64,000 bases of DNA from an uncultured virus (IMG/VR IMGVR_UViG_3300021599_002865) (IMGVR_UViG_3300021599_002865), one strand, 5' to 3'; positions 7,817 through 16,204 are shown, counted from the stretch's first letter. Translations and numbers: made by a program. Notes: generated by a model not told the origin, from the letters alone.

Positions 7817-9952
7817 ATGTCAAATCCCGTTATAATTATTGGTCAACAAAGAATTGTAAAAAAAACTGAGAAAATTTCTTTTTCCAATCCTACTGACTCT
7901 GTCATAACAATAAATTATCAGAAGAGTTCGAATTTTCAGTGGGTTTACCAAGACGAAATACTACCTCAACAATCCAAAAGGATTTGGGCTGTTCCATCAT
8001 CAATACAAATTCCAAATTACTTTTCTGAGAATTTAGTTAGTCAAGATGACGGAGATATATTAAACATGATACAGACATATTCTTTGGGGGATGTTGTGAA
8101 TGTCAACACCGAATCTTGTTATGTATATGAATACCCATATCCGTTTCCAGTCACTTTAAGAATTTCAAGTGAATATGCCTTACCACCCAACGTTAATATA
8201 GATTATAGAATTGCAACATACAATCCTCCTTACATCGACCCAACAGTGTTCAACGGTATTCCTTGGACAAATTTAGTAACGAATTTTCAAGTTGGTGAGT
8301 GTCCCAATTATAACTTAGCAGGAACTGTTTATATCTCTTCTCCTTCTTTGGCTATCCAATATAGAGTGAGGGACTTATCTGACAATAGATTGAATTACTA
8401 TTACATTATTTACCCTGAAACCTGTTTCGGACCTGGAGAGGACCCTTGTAACATCAATTCAATACCTAGAATTTGGGACTTATTATTTTCTGGTTGTTCT
8501 ATAGATGGTATTTCGATTTATTTATTTGAACCATCCCAAATTCCCTTCGCTCAAGATGTTTGGATGGTATTGAAATCTCCTCCAGGAAACATAACCAACT
8601 GCACTACCCCAACTCCAACATCGACCGTTACACAAACACCAACCAACACTCAAACACCAACAAATACTTCTACACAAACTCCAACGCCAACTAACACTCA
8701 AACACCTACCAACACCTCTACCCCGACTCCAACGCCAACTAACACTCAAACACCTACCAACACTCAAACACCTACCAACACTCAAACACCTACACAGACC
8801 CCTCCTGTTTACTATTATTCAGCTCTTCTATGTGGGGACCCATCTTTCTTGAGATATTTCCGTTCGTCGAATCCAAATTTAACCGACAGTTGTTCTGTAA
8901 TTTACGGTTATTGTGATGAGGCACCTCATACTGAATGTGGGGGAGTTCCTCAATGTTTTGATAATGTAAGCCCTTCGGTTGTCGTGAATTCGAATGATGT
9001 TTTAGAATGTTTCGATAGTTGTGAGTGTTGTCAGGGACTTTGTCCAACACCATCCCCAACTCCTACAATAAACCCGACCTCAACACCAACACCGACCACG
9101 ACACCATCTCTAACCCCTACATTGACCTCAACTCCTACATTAACTCCTACATCGACCTCGACCTCTACACCAACACCAACAACCAGTCCGACAGTCACAG
9201 GCACACTTACTCCTACACCAACACAAACGAGACTTGCCGATTGTTATCAAAAAATTTATTTCGATGTAACATTAACTGAAACTTTTTTCAGTTACACAGA
9301 TTGTTGTAGTGGAGAAGTAAATATCCTGAGCGTTGAAGCTGGTGTTGATTCTTGGGGTGCACCCGAGGGTTGTATAGAATATGGTTCAGTAACTGTTATT
9401 TCAGGTGAGTTCAATAATTTGTATTATAATTCACCTTGTGCGTGTCCGACACCCACACCAACATTGACAGCCTCTAATACTCCAACTCCAACAACTACTA
9501 ACACACCAACATTGACCGCTTCTAATACTCCAACTCCAACAACTACTAGTACACCAACTAACTCACCAACAACTACCAACTCACCTACACCAACGCTTAC
9601 ACAGACTCCGACGGCCTCTGTAACTCAAACTCCTACACCAACACAAACAGAACCAACAGTTACACAGTCTGTAACACCATCTCAAACACCTACGCAATCA
9701 TTTGTATTTTACCCTTATTCAGTTACCTCAGGACAAACTTTTGTATCGATAGATTGTAATCCTGTTGTTTTAACTCAGACCTTATATGCCGCAGAATCAA
9801 GTTGGTATACAATTACCAAATTTTATTCAGATTCAAACCTAACAACACCATACAATGGTAATGACTTGTATTATACCAACAACACTTTAGGTTCCTCCGA
9901 TTGGTATAGAATCGCAACGAATGGTTCAATAACTGATAGCTACGGTTGTTAA
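7817..9952 (+). CDS. probable virion-surface protein with three Pro/Thr-rich linkers separating Cys-rich modules
   Basis: TQTPTN/TPTPT repeats at ~8605-8800, 9045-9230 and 9445-9700; Cys-rich modules between them; ATG 6 nt after TATTTAT. Confidence 0.7.
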   Translation: MSNPVIIIGQQRIVKKTEKISFSNPTDSVITINYQKSSNFQWVYQDEILPQQSKRIWAVPSSIQIPNYFSENLVSQDDGDILNMIQTYSLGDVVNVNTESCYVYEYPYPFPVTLRISSEYALPPNVNIDYRIATYNPPYIDPTVFNGIPWTNLVTNFQVGECPNYNLAGTVYISSPSLAIQYRVRDLSDNRLNYYYIIYPETCFGPGEDPCNINSIPRIWDLLFSGCSIDGISIYLFEPSQIPFAQDVWMVLKSPPGNITNCTTPTPTSTVTQTPTNTQTPTNTSTQTPTPTNTQTPTNTSTPTPTPTNTQTPTNTQTPTNTQTPTQTPPVYYYSALLCGDPSFLRYFRSSNPNLTDSCSVIYGYCDEAPHTECGGVPQCFDNVSPSVVVNSNDVLECFDSCECCQGLCPTPSPTPTINPTSTPTPTTTPSLTPTLTSTPTLTPTSTSTSTPTPTTSPTVTGTLTPTPTQTRLADCYQKIYFDVTLTETFFSYTDCCSGEVNILSVEAGVDSWGAPEGCIEYGSVTVISGEFNNLYYNSPCACPTPTPTLTASNTPTPTTTNTPTLTASNTPTPTTTSTPTNSPTTTNSPTPTLTQTPTASVTQTPTPTQTEPTVTQSVTPSQTPTQSFVFYPYSVTSGQTFVSIDCNPVVLTQTLYAAESSWYTITKFYSDSNLTTPYNGNDLYYTNNTLGSSDWYRIATNGSITDSYGC

Positions 9953-9990
9953 AAAAACAAAAAACCCCACCAGTAGAAACTGACGGGGTT
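9951..9990 (-). terminator. intrinsic terminator ending the ncRNA transcript
   Basis: Imperfect hairpin AACCCCGTCAGT-TTCT-ACTGGTGGGGTT followed by a T-rich run on the minus strand. Confidence 0.8.
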
Positions 9991-9999
9991 GGCAAAAAA

Positions 10000-10840
10000 C
10001 TCTGAGAATACAAGTTTTGGTGAGAATCTTTGGAAGGATTATGATTTCCCTTCGTTTCCACTTCCTTTTGAGAAGTAATCCTCAGTCACGGTCAATTAGA
10101 TTAACCAATCCTTAAGTTGTGTACCACTCTCTCGTTACTCATCACTCTTCGAGGTTGCCACCCCAATTAATCCTTGCGGGATTAGAGAACTTTCAAGAAA
10201 ATCCTGTCGGGCTTGGGACCCTTCAAGGCTAAGAACATCTCTTAACTATGTAGTGACCTGTCGCACACAACTGACGAGCACTTTTCCTTGTTTAATTTTG
10301 AGTTTGTTAAACCTTAATTAACAAAGTTGGTTTACGGATGATGAAAGTAGCGGCCCGTCTGAAGCCATGCCATCTTTTGGACGACACGATACTAAGCTAC
10401 TCTCTGAAGTCTCCCGACCTCCATATTTTGAGTCAACTTCATAACTAACCTCTTGGTAGAGAGAAAGTTAAGGTTCCATCAGCACCACCTGTTATGAAAC
10501 TTACCTTGTTCGGTGTTAAGCCAACTCTAATATTGAATCACGCAATTACTATGGTGGATGCCATAGTTTCTTACATTAATCCTTCAGGTTATTCTTATTG
10601 GTGTTCCCACCTCAATCAAACGACCCGTATCGCTTGATTACCCAACCACGTTCCCTACAGTGTCACCCTCAGTACTAAAGGTCAGATAATATCCTGATTG
10701 CCTACTCGAGTTCCCTTTCGGAAACCGCAGACCTCCCAAACCAGGGAGTTCCACTTTATACTATTTTCATAGTTTATTTAATGACCATAGGCGGCCAATA
10801 TCTTGAACAGAATGTCTCAGAATAAACCCGAAGGTTTCAT
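10000..10840 (-). ncRNA. large structured ncRNA of ~820-840 nt, GOLLD-like
   Basis: No ORF of 60 aa or more inside (one shadow ORF overlaps the 3' edge); long-range closing helix TCTGAGA (10815-10821) / TCTCAGA (10001-10007); hairpins with GGAA, GAAA, GCAA and UUCG loops and G-U pairs that work only on the minus strand; promoter, boxA-like site and tRNA upstream; terminator downstream. Family assignment rests on size and context. Confidence 0.7.
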
Positions 10841-10870
10841 CATCAACTAACTGTGAAGATAATATCTTAA

Positions 10871-10880
10871 TTCAAAGAAC
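10871..10880 (-). promoter_or_regulatory. boxA-like antitermination element
   Basis: GTTCTTTGAA just upstream of the large RNA; related copies at 11075-11085 and 11311-11320. Confidence 0.5.
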
Positions 10881-10960
10881 TTTCAAATTTAAAGGGAAGA
10901 AGAATCTTGACGACCATCCGAAGTTGGAACACTTACAACTCCTCCCCTTCAATTGTTTCA

Positions 10961-10992
10961 CAAAGTTAAGACACGTTTTTGGAACTGTCAAA
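10961..10992 (-). promoter_or_regulatory. Bacteroidota-type promoter P3 of the RNA island
   Basis: TTTG-N20-TAACTTTG. Confidence 0.75.
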
Positions 10993-11109
10993 TCTTTTTG
11001 AAACTTTTTTTGACTTTTTCTGATTCGATTCTAATACCCCCCACTCTTAATGGGACAGGTTCAAATTCAGTCTTTGTCAAAGAACATACGACTCTCATCG
11101 TGTGTTTTA

Positions 11110-11141
11110 CAAAGATAAGAAGGTTTTTTTAAACTCTCAAA
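11110..11141 (-). promoter_or_regulatory. Bacteroidota-type promoter P2 of the RNA island
   Basis: TTTG-N20-TATCTTTG. Confidence 0.75.
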
Positions 11142-11152
11142 TCTTTTTTTTG

Positions 11153-11225
11153 TTGCGTCGCCTTGGAATCGAACCAAGCTAAGTGGGCTTATGAGACCCA
11201 TGGAACACCTTGCCCCCCGCCCGCA
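11153..11225 (-). tRNA. tRNA with CAT anticodon (Met/fMet or Ile2), atypical
   Basis: T arm CTTGG-TTCGATT-CCAAG; anticodon arm TGGGT-CTCATAA-GCCCA; D arm GGGGC-AAGGT-GTTCC; irregular acceptor stem; no encoded CCA. Confidence 0.75.
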
Positions 11226-11346
11226 ATATAATGATTAACTCCTACTTACCCCTCGGTCACCTATCCACGTCATGCGCTGGTTGAACCAGCAGGAGTCATC
11301 ATTTCAATATTTTTAAGAACTATGTTGTTTTGAAAAAGAAGTCCCA

Positions 11347-11378
11347 CAAATATACGGAGATTTTCTCAAATAACCAAA
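11347..11378 (-). promoter_or_regulatory. Bacteroidota-type promoter P1 of the RNA island, enclosed by an inverted repeat
   Basis: TTTG-N20-TATATTTG; flanked by AGTCCCAC/GTGGGACT (11340-11389). Confidence 0.7.
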
Positions 11379-11508
11379 TTCGTGGGACTATTATTTCGAG
11401 ATTACTCTTTTATTCATCTCGAGTGTTTGGGGTGTTCGTCCTCTCGGACATGAACATATAAATATTCCGAAAAGTTCAAAAAGTAACCCTAAGAAAAAAT
11501 ATTTTTTT

Positions 11509-11613
11509 TTAGTGGTCCAAATCGTCAACCATTCTTCTGAGTTGTCTCATCATATCGAACCATCCTATGATTCCTATAACGATGACAAACATAATTAAAC
11601 CTAATACAATCAT
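11509..11613 (-). CDS. 34-aa membrane peptide (MIVLGLIMFVIVIGIIGWFD...), not in the ORF track
   Basis: ATGA overlap with the NUDIX stop codon; single hydrophobic helix. Confidence 0.5.
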   Translation of the reverse strand: MIVLGLIMFVIVIGIIGWFDMMRQLRRMVDDLDH

Positions 11614-12029
11614 TGTAAAATAATTTCAGCTAATTTATACATATAGTCACCTGTGTTTTCAGCACGGATTTCATCGAAACTGAAATACTTCCAATCAGTA
11701 TGTTCTTCTCCGTCAATGGCTTTCTCGAAATCTGGTTCAATACATTCTTCAACAATTAACAAATACACATACATCAACCCTTTAACTTTTTTACCGTCAC
11801 GAGTGTGTCTTGGAATGAGTCCAATAAAAGTAATTTCTTGGTCATCGATACTAACCGCTGTTTCTTCGAAAAATTCGCGTTTGGCACCTTCTTGTGTTGT
11901 TTCATTTTCTTCGAGTTTTCCACCTGGAATCGACCACATACCTGGGAAAGAACCGAGATTGTTTCTTTTACATAGTAAAACTTTATCCTTACATTTTACC
12001 ATAATTCCTACATAGCTTTGTTGTTTCAT
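11610..12029 (-). CDS. NUDIX hydrolase
   Basis: Nudix box GGKLEENETTQEGAKREFFEETA. Confidence 0.9.
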   Translation of the reverse strand: MKQQSYVGIMVKCKDKVLLCKRNNLGSFPGMWSIPGGKLEENETTQEGAKREFFEETAVSIDDQEITFIGLIPRHTRDGKKVKGLMYVYLLIVEECIEPDFEKAIDGEEHTDWKYFSFDEIRAENTGDYMYKLAEIILQ

Positions 12030-12043
12030 TGTATTTATTAAAT

Positions 12044-12391
12044 ATGATTGTTGAAATTAATGAAAATTATTTTAATGTTAAAACATTGGTTGACCCAAAA
12101 TCCCAAGCTATTGGGATGATGAGAAGAAAATTCGATGATTCATTCAATGGTTTATTATTTTTAATGGGTGGTAAAAAACAATGTTTTTGGATGAAAAATT
12201 GTATCATCCCACTTGATATAATAATGATAAAAAATAATGTTATTGTCAATATACATCACGACTGTCCTCCTTGTTTAGAGGAACCTTGTCCGAGTTATTG
12301 TGGAAATGGAAATATCGTATTAGAACTCGAGGGTGGGACCTGTGAAATGTTAGGGATTGAAGCTGGAGATACGGTAGAATATATCTTCTAA
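12044..12391 (+). CDS. DUF192 family protein
   Basis: GMM.R....GLLF....FWMKNC.IPLDII...VLELEGG...GI..GD.V. Confidence 0.85.
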   Translation: MIVEINENYFNVKTLVDPKSQAIGMMRRKFDDSFNGLLFLMGGKKQCFWMKNCIIPLDIIMIKNNVIVNIHHDCPPCLEEPCPSYCGNGNIVLELEGGTCEMLGIEAGDTVEYIF

Positions 12392-14544
12392 ACTGTGAAA
12401 TCTCTCACAAAAAATTTACTTGACCTCATTCTCAAAAATATTGTTTTTGGTTTCTCAGGCACTGTTCCAAAAAATGGTATTGTGGTTGAACCTATACTAA
12501 TATCTGAAATACCACCTGCTTTAGCAACATCTACTGCAAAGGTTGCACAATTCGAATCACCACCCTCTGTCAAATCTATGAATGAGTAACTTCTTGGTTT
12601 ACTAGCCTCGTTCACAGAGTCTGTGAAATTAGGTAATCTCATAACATTTGTCCACATTGTTAGATTTGGACCGTCTTTGAAAGTTTTGGCTTTACAAGTT
12701 CTTGCAACATCACCAGCATTTGTGAAGTTTCCTTGTGAATCTATAGTCGCAATTTTCCCCATTTCAGTTTTCAAAACCTTTCCGTTTCCATCGTTATCGT
12801 AAGGTCCAAACTCATATAATTTTACAATACCTGTATGGTCAACTAAAATACAACCTCCATGTCCAGTGGCATATATTTTGATTTCTCTCTTTCCAACTTG
12901 TTCATTCAAACCTAAATAATCCTCTACCCACTCCAATGCTCTTCCGTGGAATGCTAATATGCGAGCAATCCAAGAATCTGTCATTGAAGGTCTATATTTC
13001 GGAAAAACAAAGAACATAAAAAAACCTGATTGATTTTTGTCTATGGGTTGAAGTGACTTAAAAACAAAATCATCCTTCTGTCTTGCAATTGATAAACTTG
13101 GTACTCTAATGTCCCCCGAAGAGGGATTGTACTGTTCCTCCAATTTTGACTCAGATTGAGAAATTTTTTCCTTTAACTTTCTGAAGAAATCTGAAGCCAA
13201 CATTTTTGTAAATTTTACATATGGTGCATCTTCTCTTTCAGGGTCATATCTATATTGACCTTCGGGTGGTCTTTTGGACCTACCAAGATAGTTCAATCCA
13301 CTTATATTCGTGATACACTTGTGACCTCCAGAGTTTGCGTTGATTAATTCCCAAGCACTTACATTAATATTATCTAAGATACTTTTTTCTTCATCTGTTA
13401 ATGATGTAAATGGTTTTGACATCATTTCTTTAAGTCTATTCAAAGCCTCTTCTCCTCTTTCTTGTTCTGCAAATTTTTCACCATAAACCGCATTAAAATC
13501 CTCGAATGTAAACCCAACACTTTCAGGGTTAACACCTGTTTCACTAATCCATTTTATCGTTGATAACGGGACTTTTCTTTCCTTGAGTTGAGCTTCATAC
13601 TTTGCAATGACCTCTTTAGCAATCTCTCCGAGATTAACACCTTTGAGCTTCCTTTCCTTTTTAAAAGGATTGCATGATACTTGAAGTAATCCCATCGGCC
13701 ATGCCATGATGAGAAAGTCTGCTTCAGGGTTATTTCTAAATGGGGTATACCTGTCATAAGAGCCAGGCTTAACCATACTACCTCCACCATATTGGTAAAT
13801 GATATTATCTTCAACATGGGGAAATCCTTTCATTTGTTTTGCATAATCTTGTGCGTGTTTTTGTAGTTCTTCTGGTTTTGGTGCATTTGTATCTTTCATC
13901 CATGTTTTGATGTTACTAAGTATATTCATCAAAGATGGTTCTGAATTCATTACAAGTCGCTCCAAAAATCCTTTCTTGTTTTTGAATGCTAAAATGAGTT
14001 TGTTTATAACGAAACCCAATAACATTTTGTTTCTTTGTAACGGCTTTTCTTTATCTAATCTAAAAAGATAATTGACTACCTCCTCGGGACTTATATCTTG
14101 TCTAGCGAAATCTGCGGAGTCAACAGTGTTAATCAATAAAACGTCAGATGAGGGAAATAAATCTTTGGGTGAAATTATTTGTGAGATTGTTTCCACGTTT
14201 GAACGTGCTTGTCTAAATGATTTCGAAGCACCTTTTTCCGCACCTATTTGTTTGTCATGATGGTCCGTGTGGATAACGAACATTGGTTTACCATGAGCAA
14301 AGTCAACCAAAACAGGCATGGTATCACCCTTAGCGTCATTCTTCTTAACCGCAAATTCTTTTTCCCCATATTGTATTACGTGAACATCTACCACATCAAT
14401 ACCATTGTTCTCAAGGTATTTTTTCATCGCAATAGCAGTAGTTACACCATCTAAATCTTGGTGGAAATATATTTCAGCCTTCGGGTATCTTTTTCTTAAT
14501 GCGGAAATATCTCTTAAACCTGTCTCAGTTATTAGGTTCTTCAT
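12388..14544 (-). CDS. DHH-family phosphoesterase fused to a C-terminal permuted papain-like domain
   Basis: FHQDLDG, VDF, TDHH, SGGH; C-terminal TGHGG...YEFGPY...SNCATF. Confidence 0.75.
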   Translation of the reverse strand: MKNLITETGLRDISALRKRYPKAEIYFHQDLDGVTTAIAMKKYLENNGIDVVDVHVIQYGEKEFAVKKNDAKGDTMPVLVDFAHGKPMFVIHTDHHDKQIGAEKGASKSFRQARSNVETISQIISPKDLFPSSDVLLINTVDSADFARQDISPEEVVNYLFRLDKEKPLQRNKMLLGFVINKLILAFKNKKGFLERLVMNSEPSLMNILSNIKTWMKDTNAPKPEELQKHAQDYAKQMKGFPHVEDNIIYQYGGGSMVKPGSYDRYTPFRNNPEADFLIMAWPMGLLQVSCNPFKKERKLKGVNLGEIAKEVIAKYEAQLKERKVPLSTIKWISETGVNPESVGFTFEDFNAVYGEKFAEQERGEEALNRLKEMMSKPFTSLTDEEKSILDNINVSAWELINANSGGHKCITNISGLNYLGRSKRPPEGQYRYDPEREDAPYVKFTKMLASDFFRKLKEKISQSESKLEEQYNPSSGDIRVPSLSIARQKDDFVFKSLQPIDKNQSGFFMFFVFPKYRPSMTDSWIARILAFHGRALEWVEDYLGLNEQVGKREIKIYATGHGGCILVDHTGIVKLYEFGPYDNDGNGKVLKTEMGKIATIDSQGNFTNAGDVARTCKAKTFKDGPNLTMWTNVMRLPNFTDSVNEASKPRSYSFIDLTEGGDSNCATFAVDVAKAGGISDISIGSTTIPFFGTVPEKPKTIFLRMRSSKFFVRDFTV

Positions 14545-14915
14545 TAATATTTCAGAGTCAACAAGTATTTCGATTTATTAATCAAACCTAACATTTCATC
14601 TCTTAGATTCAATAAATCTGTATCATATCTCGAGTCCAATTGGTCAGAGATTCCAACTAAAAATTCTGTGATTCCGTCCATGAAATTCTGAATACTTAAC
14701 TTACTGATGTCTTGAAACATCAATCCAAACTCAGGTTCAAATTCAGGTCTACCATACTTTCCCATCATGGTTTCAGTGAACTCATCAATGAGACCATCTA
14801 ATCCCTCATAAATTGCACCGTAGGTTTTATGTTTTGCATCACCAAACGTCTGCCAGTGTAAAAATCTCCATTGAATTTGGATTTGGACTAATTTTTTTAT
14901 CAATTCTTCTTTCAT
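14544..14915 (-). CDS. ferritin/Dps-like protein (DUF5856-like)
   Basis: HWQT...KHK..G..Y..LD.LIDEF.E...GKYGR...DLLNLRDEML..INK.KYLLTL. Confidence 0.75.
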   Translation of the reverse strand: MKEELIKKLVQIQIQWRFLHWQTFGDAKHKTYGAIYEGLDGLIDEFTETMMGKYGRPEFEPEFGLMFQDISKLSIQNFMDGITEFLVGISDQLDSRYDTDLLNLRDEMLGLINKSKYLLTLKY

Positions 14916-14930
14916 ATAATTTAAATATTA

Positions 14931-16145
14931 CTAAGGTAAAGGATTTAACGAACCCGAAAACATATTACTAAACATGTTTTGAACTGGATTATTTTCTTTC
15001 GGTTTTTCAGATGAACTTTGAGGTTTGTAAGCACCAGAACCAAAAAGAGGTTGAATTTGCCCATACCCTACTTTACCTGAACCACCATCTTGACCTGCAT
15101 CAGCGTTTATTGCTTGGTTAAAGTCCGACTCAAAATTATTTTGAGCTTCTTCTGTTTTATTATAGTTTTCCATATTTTTCAGAAGTTCGTCTTCACCAAT
15201 TTTAGCCGCCAATTCATCGGGTCCGACAAAATTTGCAATATTCATATAATCTAATAATCCCATCCACCATTTTGTTTGTCTCATTAAACTTCTTACGGAT
15301 GCATTTCTATTCAATAGTTGAGGCATTCCTCTGAAAACACTTTTCCAAGACAAAATTCCTTTGGTTGTTCTATAACCTGAAAATAAACCTGGTGCTTCTT
15401 TAGCTAGTTTGGTAAGTTCTTCGAGTGCCGCTAGTTGTTTAGCTTTTGACCATACTCCAACAGATGTAGTTGCAGTTTTCAATCCTGTCATACCCCTCAC
15501 TATTTCTTGACCTGTTTTTCTCAAAGGTGCTGTTGCTTTATTATAATTAGCGAATAAATCAAACCATTGTAAAACAGTTTTCTTTAACCCTCCCATCAAT
15601 GGCATCGGAACTCTTTCGATATATCCTCTTAACTTACCAGCGATTTTACTGAAAGCTGAAACAAATCTTCCTGTCACACCACCCATCGCGGTTATATTAT
15701 CAAGCATTTTAGCCGCTTCGGCTGTTTTTCCTGCTTCAACCAAGGCGGTAACTTTTCTCAAATTCTTCACGCCAGGACCACCAATTTTGAGGGCTGCCAT
15801 CATAGGTTTGGCAACGATGTCTCCAGCATATGGTAAAGCTGAAATGATTGATAATAATCCGAATAATTTATCTCCTTGTTTCAAATAAGAGATACCGTTT
15901 ACTAAATCAACTACCCCTGTTGGGTCAAAAATTCCAACGATATCACCAAGGGTGTTATACCACTTTGCTTCGTTTACTAATTTACCCTTTGATGGATATA
16001 GAACACACAGTGTTTCGACGATTTGTTTTTTTTCCTCTTTGGAAAACTTTGACCAACTTTCTTCGGCAAGCCTATAATTGTCTTGCTTGAGAATTTCTAA
16101 ATTCAAAAGTTGGAGTTGTTTTTCAGAAATTATAAATTCTGCCAT
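14931..16145 (-). CDS. probable virion or ejected protein with a pre-toxin-TG-like helical hairpin
   Basis: DIVGIFDPTGVVDLVNG...GLLSIISALPYAGD; TATTTAT upstream. Confidence 0.5.
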   Translation of the reverse strand: MAEFIISEKQLQLLNLEILKQDNYRLAEESWSKFSKEEKKQIVETLCVLYPSKGKLVNEAKWYNTLGDIVGIFDPTGVVDLVNGISYLKQGDKLFGLLSIISALPYAGDIVAKPMMAALKIGGPGVKNLRKVTALVEAGKTAEAAKMLDNITAMGGVTGRFVSAFSKIAGKLRGYIERVPMPLMGGLKKTVLQWFDLFANYNKATAPLRKTGQEIVRGMTGLKTATTSVGVWSKAKQLAALEELTKLAKEAPGLFSGYRTTKGILSWKSVFRGMPQLLNRNASVRSLMRQTKWWMGLLDYMNIANFVGPDELAAKIGEDELLKNMENYNKTEEAQNNFESDFNQAINADAGQDGGSGKVGYGQIQPLFGSGAYKPQSSSEKPKENNPVQNMFSNMFSGSLNPLP

Positions 16146-16177
16146 GGATACTTTTTCTTATAAATATCCCTCGGATA

Positions 16178-16204
16178 TAAAAAAAGGAGGTTAGACCTCC
16201 TTTT
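16178..16204. terminator. intrinsic terminator, possibly bidirectional
   Basis: AAAAGGAGGT-TAG-ACCTCCTTTT. Confidence 0.7.

Noticed and set aside
8600..9700. Tandem DNA repeats resembling a CRISPR array or VNTR
   Set aside because: In-frame coding Thr/Pro repeats with synonymous variation; no constant repeat with unique spacers and no cas genes
9813..10061. 82-aa minus-strand ORF
   Set aside because: Crosses a terminator and lies antisense to a real gene; shadow ORF
10000..10840. rRNA fragment, RNase P RNA, tmRNA or self-splicing intron as the identity of the large RNA
   Set aside because: I found no rRNA universal motifs, no GAGGAAAGUCC, no tmRNA-type ends, and no interrupted gene or intron-encoded ORF; it has its own promoter and terminator. 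Not excluded without a covariance-model search
11409..11457. 15-codon ORF (MFMSERTNTPNTRDE) after TATTTAT at 11458
   Set aside because: Too short to support; may simply be the leader of the RNA-island transcript
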